This document shows, piece after piece, positions 19,900-27,441 of a DNA stretch of 61,529 nucleotides. The translations under genes and the position numbers were made by a program. The notes under the pieces are model-generated. The model was given only the letters and a program-made list of their open reading frames with translations, was not told where the DNA came from and did no database searches. The stretch covers positions 1-61,529 of the forward strand of contig JAXJWL010000148.1 of the NCBI GenBank assembly GCA_036308065.1, read 5' to 3'. This DNA is from Paludibacteraceae bacterium. GTDB taxonomy: Bacteria > Bacteroidota > Bacteroidia > Bacteroidales > Paludibacteraceae. Positions within the stretch are counted from its first letter, which is position 1, and the number at the start of each line of letters is the position of its first letter.

Positions 19900-21105
19900 T
19901 TATGAAACTTTTACTCTTGTTTTGCCTGTTAGTAATTGTTGCATTAAACCTTGTTTTTGATGACGTAATGCTTCAATTTTTTTACGTTGTGTTTCTATTT
20001 CCTTATCGGCTGATGTAAGTACCGATGCGATTGCTTTTTGTTCGGTTAGAGAAGGTATAAAAACTTTCACCTTACTAAAGTCATGAAATTTACAATTTAA
20101 CGTATCTCCAACTAGACCTTGAGAATGTGTCCAAAAATCATATACAACTCTTGATAACTTTAATAAGACAGAAATAAAAAAAGGATCAATATTAGACTTT
20201 GGAATCACTATGGTATAAGCAGGACTTACAATTCCTTCTATGGTAGATAAAGCACTTCGTCCTTGCCACATTCTCATCGTATTATAACCTATATCATTGG
20301 GACAAATTCGTTTGTATTTTGATTTATCTTCATTGGAGATATCCTTCTTATCCGATTCTGATTGCATAATAACACCTCTTTCTGCTGTAATAGACAGAAG
20401 AGGTAAATACTCGACATTACATTCATTACGTTCCTCAAAAACTTCACCTAATTCTATTTTCTTCCATGGTTCTGTAAATCCAGGAAGGCGAGTTTTACCT
20501 GTTAGCAGACGTTGCATAAGCCCGCGTTTACGAAGCTCTAACTTTTCTATCAACTTACTTTGCTTTTCTATAGCATCATCCCACGTACACAATATCTCTG
20601 CTATTTTTATCTGCTCCGCAAGAGGTGGGAGGGCAAGTCTATATGGAATAATATGTTTATTATTTATCTGTGGTATAGTAGAAGTATCTGCTATTTTAAA
20701 TAACTTTTCATAGATAATTTTAAAGTATAAATAATCTCCACAGACATCTTTTCTAGGAGTAATAGCCATCATATTACTATCCATATAAATTTCACAGCCT
20801 GCAATTCTTACTTTATTATTTAAAATAGCAGCTCCTCTCTTCGGGAATATTATACTCCCTTTCTGAATTAAACTACGAACATCATTAGAATACTCACGAC
20901 TGAAAAATTGGAATTTCTCACAATTATTCATATCCTCAACCTTAATATATGGGTATTTCCCTTTTTCTTCTAATCTATATATGGAAGGACTCTCACCACT
21001 TGTTATAAACACTAAATTTCCAAGTGTAGTCACCTCCCACTCTTCTGGAATTATCCCAACAACAGAGTCTTTATATCCTTGCGGTATGTTATTTTTATCT
21101 TTCAT
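19900..21105 (-). CDS. hsdS: Type I restriction-modification specificity subunit (two target-recognition domains)
   Basis: 401 aa. It has two TRDs, each followed by a conserved coiled-coil region (PPLAEQIKIAEIL...LMQRLLTGKTRL and PSLTEQKAIASVL...LMQQLLTGKTRV). Confidence 0.9.
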   Translation of the reverse strand: MKDKNNIPQGYKDSVVGIIPEEWEVTTLGNLVFITSGESPSIYRLEEKGKYPYIKVEDMNNCEKFQFFSREYSNDVRSLIQKGSIIFPKRGAAILNNKVRIAGCEIYMDSNMMAITPRKDVCGDYLYFKIIYEKLFKIADTSTIPQINNKHIIPYRLALPPLAEQIKIAEILCTWDDAIEKQSKLIEKLELRKRGLMQRLLTGKTRLPGFTEPWKKIELGEVFEERNECNVEYLPLLSITAERGVIMQSESDKKDISNEDKSKYKRICPNDIGYNTMRMWQGRSALSTIEGIVSPAYTIVIPKSNIDPFFISVLLKLSRVVYDFWTHSQGLVGDTLNCKFHDFSKVKVFIPSLTEQKAIASVLTSADKEIETQRKKIEALRHQKQGLMQQLLTGKTRVKVS

Positions 21106-21703
21106 TTATTTTAATTTTCTTTAAATACATATTAAAAGCCTCTTCATACTCCTCTTTAATGTACACATAACCACTTAAGGCTCTTATCTCGCTATCGTCC
21201 AAAGTCATTTCACTATAAAAGTCTTTTTCAACAATTGTGTTTACTAATACATTCTTTGCACTATCTACTATTATATCCATTAAGGTATCTATGTTTATAG
21301 GATTATTCAACCTCATTGTATATGGCAATGATTGTAATGCATATCCAAATGCCTCTGCATAATTTCCTTTTTCATGATGGTTTATTGCCCAAGTAAAAGC
21401 TATTAAGTGCCTTGACTGATATACACTATTTTCTATTAATAATTTTTGTTTTTCTATTTCACCTTCTAGTTTATCAAGTTCAGAAAGTTTATTTCTAATC
21501 TCTATTGTGTTATAAATCTGCCAACCCACAACAAAAGTCACGATAATTGCAAGCAAAGCTACTATAACTCCAATAAATGTTTCTATTCCGATAACAGAGA
21601 GTTTCCATACATTACATACCCACAAAAGAATTAGAGTTACAACAGACACGATAGCTGTTATAGACAAACCAATAGCCCAATTAACTTTTCTATCTATTTT
21701 CAT
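21095..21703 (-). CDS. Uncharacterised 2-TM / coiled-coil / helical-domain protein embedded in the R-M operon
   Basis: 202 aa. There are two hydrophobic helices (about residues 8-30 and 37-62), a heptad-like segment (NKLSELDKLEGEIEKQKLLIEN) and an ~100-aa helical C-terminal part. The start is 9 nt after the dinD-like stop, and the gene overlaps the hsdS start by 11 nt. I recognise no family. Confidence 0.6.
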   Translation of the reverse strand: MKIDRKVNWAIGLSITAIVSVVTLILLWVCNVWKLSVIGIETFIGVIVALLAIIVTFVVGWQIYNTIEIRNKLSELDKLEGEIEKQKLLIENSVYQSRHLIAFTWAINHHEKGNYAEAFGYALQSLPYTMRLNNPINIDTLMDIIVDSAKNVLVNTIVEKDFYSEMTLDDSEIRALSGYVYIKEEYEEAFNMYLKKIKINER

Positions 21704-21712
21704 ATCAAAACA

Positions 21713-22579
21713 TTATTTATCACTATCTTTTTTATTCTTGTTTTCTTTCAACATCTTTTTTTGTTTAGTTTCAATGCTCTTAATACTTTCTGCCACAGGC
21801 AAGTCTTCTGGCATTGTACCTCCTAACTCTTTAATGGTTTGACGAACCTTTCTACCTACCTCAAAATGAGTTTTGTTTGCATTGAGTTTTCCTTTTATAT
21901 TTTCTCTGCGTAACTTTTCTTCTGTTTGCGTTGCACGGAAAAGATTTGCAGCTAACTCAGTACTTCCCATGTGGTCTAGAATCTTCTGACTTTTCTTTAA
22001 ACCTTTTCTTGCATGAATTTCTTTTGCACCAAGTCCACCATACAATCCTTGATAACCATAATTCTGAAAAATCGCATAATCGCGAGGTTCTATTACACCG
22101 GCATCTTTTGCTGCGCTAGCCAACTGAGAATTATGTTTTAGTAATTCTTCTCGTAAAAACAGGCGTTTCTCTTCTTCTGTGGACAACTGATTATACTCAT
22201 CCATTTGCTGCACCTCAGCAATGCGTGTTTGTATAGCAAAATAGGTCTGTGCTTGGGCTACTATTACCTTATTTGGGTCTGCATTTTGAACAGTAAGATA
22301 ACAAGCATAGCGGGTAAGTTTTATCGTTTCTATAGGACGAACCGCTCCACGAGCTATTGTAATCATTTCGGTGACGTCACCGAAATGTTCAACGACCTCA
22401 TTTGCACTATTAACACAGGCTTCCTTAGCTTTATTTATAACAGCCAAAAAGTTTCTATAATCAGCATAACCTAATACACGCGCTAATTCTCTTGATGACC
22501 AATATTCTACACCATTTTCGTCTATTTTTCGAATACTCTCAAAAATCGACACAGTTTCTTTTGTTAACTTCGTATTCAT
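21713..22579 (-). CDS. dinD: DNA-damage-inducible protein D (DinD)-like protein
   Basis: ENGVEYWSSRELARVLGYADYRNFLAVINKAKEAC ... LTRYACYLTVQNADPNK ... AQAQTYFAIQTR closely parallels the E. coli DinD N-terminal region. 288 aa. Confidence 0.75.
   Translation of the reverse strand: MNTKLTKETVSIFESIRKIDENGVEYWSSRELARVLGYADYRNFLAVINKAKEACVNSANEVVEHFGDVTEMITIARGAVRPIETIKLTRYACYLTVQNADPNKVIVAQAQTYFAIQTRIAEVQQMDEYNQLSTEEEKRLFLREELLKHNSQLASAAKDAGVIEPRDYAIFQNYGYQGLYGGLGAKEIHARKGLKKSQKILDHMGSTELAANLFRATQTEEKLRRENIKGKLNANKTHFEVGRKVRQTIKELGGTMPEDLPVAESIKSIETKQKKMLKENKNKKDSDK
22364..22387. repeat. 24-bp perfect palindrome CATTTCGGTGACGTCACCGAAATG inside the dinD-like CDS
   Basis: Read directly from the sequence. 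It encodes HFGDVTEM on both strands and has the same TGACGTCA core as the hsdS-hsdR dyads. Confidence 0.9.
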
Positions 22580-22592
22580 AAGAAAAATTATT

Positions 22593-24119
22593 TTAGATTC
22601 CCAACTCTTTTAAATACTCATTCATTTGTTTTCTTACTTCTGCAAGTTCTGTTTCAAGAGTTTCAATTTCTTGCTGAAGAGCAACTATATCTATTCCTGC
22701 TTCTTCTTCGTAAGTATCTACATATCGAGGGATATTAAGATTATAATTGTTTTCTTGTATTTCATCACAAGTTGCTACATATGCATATTTGTCTTCTACC
22801 ACACCTACACCAAGTGAAGATTCTGTAAATTTACGATATGTAGAAACAATATGCTCTATATCTATATCACGCAGTTTATTTTGATTTTTACCATTTTCAA
22901 ACTCTCTACTTGCATCTATAAACAGCACATTATTAGATTTTTTAGACTTGTTGAATATTATAATAGCGGCAGGAATACCTGTTCCGTAAAACAGGTTTGC
23001 AGGCAAACCAATCACAGCTTCTAACAAGTTTTCGTCAATGGTTTGTTGGCGAATTTTTCCCTCGCTTGCCCCTCTAAACAAGACACCATGTGGTATAACT
23101 ACACCCACTTTGCCATGTTCATTTGCCACTTCCAACATGTGACTAATAAATGCCCAATCACCCTTACTTTTAGGAGGAACACCACGCCAAAAACGGTTGT
23201 ACTTATCATTTGGCGCTTCTTCTGCACCCCATTTTTCCAAAGAAAAAGGAGGATTTGCCACAACTGTATCAAATTTCATCAGAGCATCACCATCCTTTAA
23301 TTTAGGATTTCGCAAAGTATCTCCCCAACGTATTACAGCACTATCAAAACCATGCAATAACATATTCATCATAGCCAATGCCCATGTACTTCCATTTAAT
23401 TCTTGTCCGTAAAGCGAAAAATTATCAGACCCAACTTCTCTACCTGCTTTTATCAAAAGCGAACCAGAACCACAAGTAGGGTCACAAATGCGAGAACCAG
23501 GTGCACTTTTTGTTAATTTAGCAAGCAATGTTGATACTTCTTTAGGGGTGAAAAATTCCCCAGCTTTTTTCCCAGCGTCACTTGCAAAATGTTCTATCAA
23601 GAACATATATGCATCACCAATCACATCGTTATGTTCCAAGTGAGATTCATCAAATTGTAATTTTGGGTCCGCAAAATCATCAAGTAATGTTTTTAGTCGA
23701 ACATTCCTATCTTTAACTTCACCAAGATTACTACTATTAAAACTAATATTTCTGAAGATACCACTTCCATCTTCACTATTAAGTTTTTCTCTATTGGCAT
23801 TTTCCAAATCAACCAAAGCTATATCTATCAATTCACCTATATTTGGCTCGTTACGATTTTCGTACAAATAATAGAACGAACTTGTTGCTGGAATCTGAAA
23901 ACGCTCACGACGCATAGCACGTTGTGTACGTTCTTCATCACCATCATATCGTTGTAAATATGCTTCATATTTTGACTTATTTACATCACTAATGTATTTA
24001 AGAAAAAGCATCGTTAAGATATAATCTTTGTACTGATTAGGATCTACCACCCCGCGAAATGTATCACAGGCATTCCATACAACTTTGTTAATGTCCTCTT
24101 GGGTTATTTTTGTGCTCAT
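22593..24119 (-). CDS. hsdM: Type I restriction-modification N6-adenine DNA methyltransferase subunit
   Basis: AdoMet motif (DPTCGSGSLL), catalytic NPPF (VVANPPFSLEKW) and an HsdM N-terminal domain. 508 aa. Confidence 0.93.
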   Translation of the reverse strand: MSTKITQEDINKVVWNACDTFRGVVDPNQYKDYILTMLFLKYISDVNKSKYEAYLQRYDGDEERTQRAMRRERFQIPATSSFYYLYENRNEPNIGELIDIALVDLENANREKLNSEDGSGIFRNISFNSSNLGEVKDRNVRLKTLLDDFADPKLQFDESHLEHNDVIGDAYMFLIEHFASDAGKKAGEFFTPKEVSTLLAKLTKSAPGSRICDPTCGSGSLLIKAGREVGSDNFSLYGQELNGSTWALAMMNMLLHGFDSAVIRWGDTLRNPKLKDGDALMKFDTVVANPPFSLEKWGAEEAPNDKYNRFWRGVPPKSKGDWAFISHMLEVANEHGKVGVVIPHGVLFRGASEGKIRQQTIDENLLEAVIGLPANLFYGTGIPAAIIIFNKSKKSNNVLFIDASREFENGKNQNKLRDIDIEHIVSTYRKFTESSLGVGVVEDKYAYVATCDEIQENNYNLNIPRYVDTYEEEAGIDIVALQQEIETLETELAEVRKQMNEYLKELGI

Positions 24120-24120
24120 A

Positions 24121-24669
24121 TTATAGATTGTTTATTATTTTACTTTCAAATAATTGACTACGTTTTTGCATTATTGCTTGACACAACATTTGTTCACGTT
24201 TGTACAACTTTGCCAATTGCAAACATTGTTGCTGCTTCTCTACAGATGGTATTGGGATTTCAATCTCCCCTAGCACATTCTTTGATATTGACAAAATTGC
24301 ACTACCTTTTGCTTGTTGCATCAATATTCTTTGCGTTCTTGACAAATTAAGAAACCACGCCACATAAGCAGGCAATACATTTTCTTTATCGTTTATACGT
24401 AATACCAAAAATGAGGAAGAAGCCACAGCTTTATATCCCATTTCTGGAACCTCTACACACTGATTCTTACCACCCTTGCAAACTACTAATAAATCACCAC
24501 TATTTAACATATACTTATCACTCACCTCTATAGTAGGACACAACGAAACATCCACATTTCCTTCATCATCAAAATCACTTTGCTGTAAATACACTGCATT
24601 TGGAGTTGGAGATTTTTTTGCAAAAACCCCTGTCTGAACAATTGCAATATCATAAATCTTTGTCTTCAT
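24121..24669 (-). CDS. Half-size HsdS-like specificity protein (single TRD plus one conserved helix)
   Basis: 182 aa with the TRD pattern (GDLLVVCKGG..., FLNLSRTQRILMQQAKGSAILSISKNVLGEIEIPIPSVEKQQQ). It abuts the hsdM start with a 1-nt gap. Confidence 0.7.
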   Translation of the reverse strand: MKTKIYDIAIVQTGVFAKKSPTPNAVYLQQSDFDDEGNVDVSLCPTIEVSDKYMLNSGDLLVVCKGGKNQCVEVPEMGYKAVASSSFLVLRINDKENVLPAYVAWFLNLSRTQRILMQQAKGSAILSISKNVLGEIEIPIPSVEKQQQCLQLAKLYKREQMLCQAIMQKRSQLFESKIINNL

Positions 24670-24688
24670 CTTATATTAAATTGCTCTA

Positions 24689-24696
24689 CAAAAATA
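24689..24696 (-). promoter_or_regulatory. Candidate -7 box (TATTTTTG) for the R-M operon
   Basis: Matches TAnnTTTG on the minus strand, 20 nt upstream of the half-hsdS ATG. Confidence 0.4.
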
Positions 24697-24871
24697 TAAA
24701 TTACATTTTTATTATGCAAATTTTTCTTAGTATATTTTCTACTAATTTCTATAGTAAATGTCATTATTCTCTATAAAGAACTAGTAATGAAGATATTAAC
24801 AACTAGAAACACAAAAATGCGAATGCTCCAATTAGTGCATCCGCATTTTACTTGTTAAAATTTGAATTGTA

Positions 24872-26059
24872 TTACTCGATTATACCTAGTAATCTAGCGT
24901 TTTTAGCGATTTTTTCTACTGCTTCGTCGATTTGGTCGAATGTATGTGTAGCCATTAGAGAGATACGAATTAGAGTATCTTGAGATGGTACAGCAGGAGA
25001 AACCACTGGGTTTACGAATACGCCATCATCCATAAGCATACGTGTTAGGCGGAATGTTTTTTCGTTGTCACGTACATATAGAGGAATAATAGGTGTGGTT
25101 GTGTGACCAGTTTCAAATCCTTTATCTTTGAAGGCTTGAAGCATTCTGTGAGTGTTGTCCCACAATGCTTTTTGACGCCATTTTTCTTCTTCCATTACTT
25201 CTAGAGCAGCAAGCACTGCACCTGCAGCAGCAGGAGTGATACTAGCACTGAAAATAAGTGTACGAGAGTTATGTTTTAGATAGTTGATTACGTCTTTGTT
25301 TGAAGCGATGAAACCACCGATAGTAGCAAGAGATTTACTAAATGTACCCATTACTAGTTCCACGTCGTTTTGCACTCCGAAGTGTTCACAAACCCCTGCA
25401 CCTGTTTCACCAAATACACCTAGAGAGTGGGCTTCGTCAATCATAATAGAAGCGTTGTATTTTTTAGCCAAATCTACCATTTCTGGAAGTTTTGCTAAGT
25501 CGCCTTCCATTGAGAATACACCGTCTGCAACAATAAGTTTAATCTTGTCTGGTTCGCATTGTTGAAGGAATTTTTCTAGTTGTTCCATATCGTTGTGACG
25601 ATATTTAAACTGTTTTGCCATGCTAAGACGAGAACCTTCAATAATAGAAGCGTGATTTAAACGGTCTAATAAAAGGTAATCTTCTCTACCACCAAGGCAA
25701 GGAACAACACCTGAGTTTACTGTAAAACCAGTAGCATAAACCAACGCCTCTTCCTTTCCTACTAGTTTTGCTAGTTTTTCTTCTAGTTCAATGTGAATAT
25801 CCAATGTTCCGTTTAAGAAACGAGAACCTGCGCAACCTGTACCATATTTTTCAACAGCCTTGATAGAACCTTCTTTAATCTTTGGGTGATTTGTAAGACC
25901 TAGATAACTGTTTGAACCAAACATTAATACTGGTTTACCATCAATTTGAACCACTGTGTCTTGGTCTGAACTGATTGGTCTAAAATATGGATAAACTCCA
26001 GCTGCTTTTGCTTTTTGAGGCACATCATATTGTGCTAAGCGTTCACTTAATATACTCAT
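24872..26059 (-). CDS. spt: Alpha-oxoamine synthase family PLP enzyme, probably serine palmitoyltransferase
   Basis: 395 aa. The N-terminus (YDVPQKAKAAGVYPYFRPI...MFGSNSYLGL) and the FSKSL PLP-lysine region resemble Bacteroidales SPT. KBL or BioF activity cannot be excluded from sequence alone. Confidence 0.6.
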   Translation of the reverse strand: MSILSERLAQYDVPQKAKAAGVYPYFRPISSDQDTVVQIDGKPVLMFGSNSYLGLTNHPKIKEGSIKAVEKYGTGCAGSRFLNGTLDIHIELEEKLAKLVGKEEALVYATGFTVNSGVVPCLGGREDYLLLDRLNHASIIEGSRLSMAKQFKYRHNDMEQLEKFLQQCEPDKIKLIVADGVFSMEGDLAKLPEMVDLAKKYNASIMIDEAHSLGVFGETGAGVCEHFGVQNDVELVMGTFSKSLATIGGFIASNKDVINYLKHNSRTLIFSASITPAAAGAVLAALEVMEEEKWRQKALWDNTHRMLQAFKDKGFETGHTTTPIIPLYVRDNEKTFRLTRMLMDDGVFVNPVVSPAVPSQDTLIRISLMATHTFDQIDEAVEKIAKNARLLGIIE

Positions 26060-26104
26060 AATATTTCAGTTTAATAAACAATTCTAATTAAGTATCATAC
26101 AAAG

Positions 26105-26629
26105 TTAGGAATTTTTATTTAATTCCACCAATTCTACAGGATAATTTGTGTATAGAATTTTATTTTCATTATCTACCTCAGCAATAAAATCCTCTACTGC
26201 AGGTAACAAAATCTCACCATCTTCGGTCTTAATACCAAACAAGATATTTACAGTTTGGTCGTCTACAAAAGAGATTTCGCCCAATTTTTCATCGGCATTT
26301 ACCACAGTAAAACCAACAAAATATTCATACGAAAGCATTTCATCGTCACTCATAAGCTCAATAGGCAGATAAATATCCTTTCCTATGAGTTTGCGCGCCT
26401 CTGTTTCGTCTTCTATATCCTCAAGAGTAAGAAGTACCGAATTTGAGGATTTAATCCTTATATTAGAAACAAAAAAAGGCACAAATATACCGTCCATATC
26501 AAGAACGATATATTCTGCCATATCTATTGTATCTGCATTAATATTACAATTCAACTCACCGTTTACACCGTGAGTCTTATTTATCTTCCCTGCTCTAAAA
26601 ACCTCTTTTTCTAGAATCATAGACATCAA
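26105..26629 (-). CDS. rimM: 16S rRNA processing protein RimM
   Basis: GKINKTHGVNGEL N-terminal motif and a PRC-barrel C-terminus, 174 aa. Confidence 0.85.
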   Translation of the reverse strand: MMSMILEKEVFRAGKINKTHGVNGELNCNINADTIDMAEYIVLDMDGIFVPFFVSNIRIKSSNSVLLTLEDIEDETEARKLIGKDIYLPIELMSDDEMLSYEYFVGFTVVNADEKLGEISFVDDQTVNILFGIKTEDGEILLPAVEDFIAEVDNENKILYTNYPVELVELNKNS

Positions 26630-27018
26630 TTTACAGAAAGTATTCTATCTACCACAAATTCACTCACACCACGCCAAGGAAGCGCATCAATATATTCTTT
26701 ATAATGTAGTTCAACTTCCTTGCCACTGCAACGCATTAGTGAGTCTGCAATAGCTTGGTCTTCTACAGAAAACTTAAACTCGTAAGATTGAATAGTGCCA
26801 GGGGTATTTGCCTTAAAACCATTTTGAATCAATTTTCCCTCATAGGTTTTAAATACGTAGCCTTTTTTCACTAAATAATTTAGTTCGCCAGACTTCACAC
26901 CTTCGCCAAACACAAAGTAGTAACGGAAATATAAAAATCCACTTAAGGCTAACACCAAAACAAGCACTACTATAGAAATTATCTTTGCTTTCATATCAAT
27001 TTTAGGTTTATCATACAA
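26626..27018 (-). CDS. Hypothetical membrane-anchored protein
   Basis: An ORF with an N-terminal TM segment (AKIISIVVLVLVLALSGFLYF). It overlaps the rimM start by 4 nt. I recognise no family. Confidence 0.5.
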   Translation of the reverse strand: MYDKPKIDMKAKIISIVVLVLVLALSGFLYFRYYFVFGEGVKSGELNYLVKKGYVFKTYEGKLIQNGFKANTPGTIQSYEFKFSVEDQAIADSLMRCSGKEVELHYKEYIDALPWRGVSEFVVDRILSVN

Positions 27019-27122
27019 AAATAATGATTATTGATAGAAATCAAAAGAAATAGGGATAAAAGTTGATAAACAGAAGTAAAAAAAGAGACAATAAAAAAGC
27101 AAGTCGTTTTGACTTGCTTTTG

Positions 27123-27197
27123 TGGGCGATGACGGATTCGAACCGCCGACCCTCTGCTTGTAAGGCAGATGCTCTGAACCAGCTGAGCTAATCGCCC
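27123..27197 (-). tRNA. tRNA-Val (anticodon TAC)
   Basis: Cloverleaf built by hand: acceptor GGGCGAT/ATCGCCC, D-stem GCTC/GAGC, anticodon stem TCTGC/GCAGA with loop CTTACAA, T-arm GGCGG-TTCGAAT-CCGTC. CCA is not encoded. A terminator hairpin follows at 27097-27122. Confidence 0.92.
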
Positions 27198-27238
27198 TTT
27201 TTGTTGTTATTGAGTTGCTTTATCTCTCAATTGCGATG

Positions 27239-27270
27239 CAAAGATAGCACACATTTTTGGACTGTGCAAA
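27239..27270 (-). promoter_or_regulatory. Candidate Bacteroidota promoter for tRNA-Val (-33 TTTG, 20-nt spacer, -7 TATCTTTG)
   Basis: On the minus strand, TTTG lies at 27267-27270 and TATCTTTG at 27239-27246. Confidence 0.5.
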
Positions 27271-27441
27271 TTTTTCAGCAACTTTTTTTCAAAAAAAATG
27301 CATTTTTTTGAAAAAACACCGTTTTTTGCCCGTTTTTTACCGATAAACAAAAGAGCGACACTAAAAAGTATCGCTCTTTGAATATTTTTGAATAAAATGT
27401 TTTTTAAAGAAGGGATTTTTAGGCTCCCCTTAAAATACATT

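Noticed and set aside
19817-19900. Internal promoter for hsdR in the hsdS-hsdR spacer
   Set aside because: There is no TAnnTTTG-like -7 box on the minus strand in this spacer. I therefore describe the dyads as a possible operator or RNA element rather than as a promoter.
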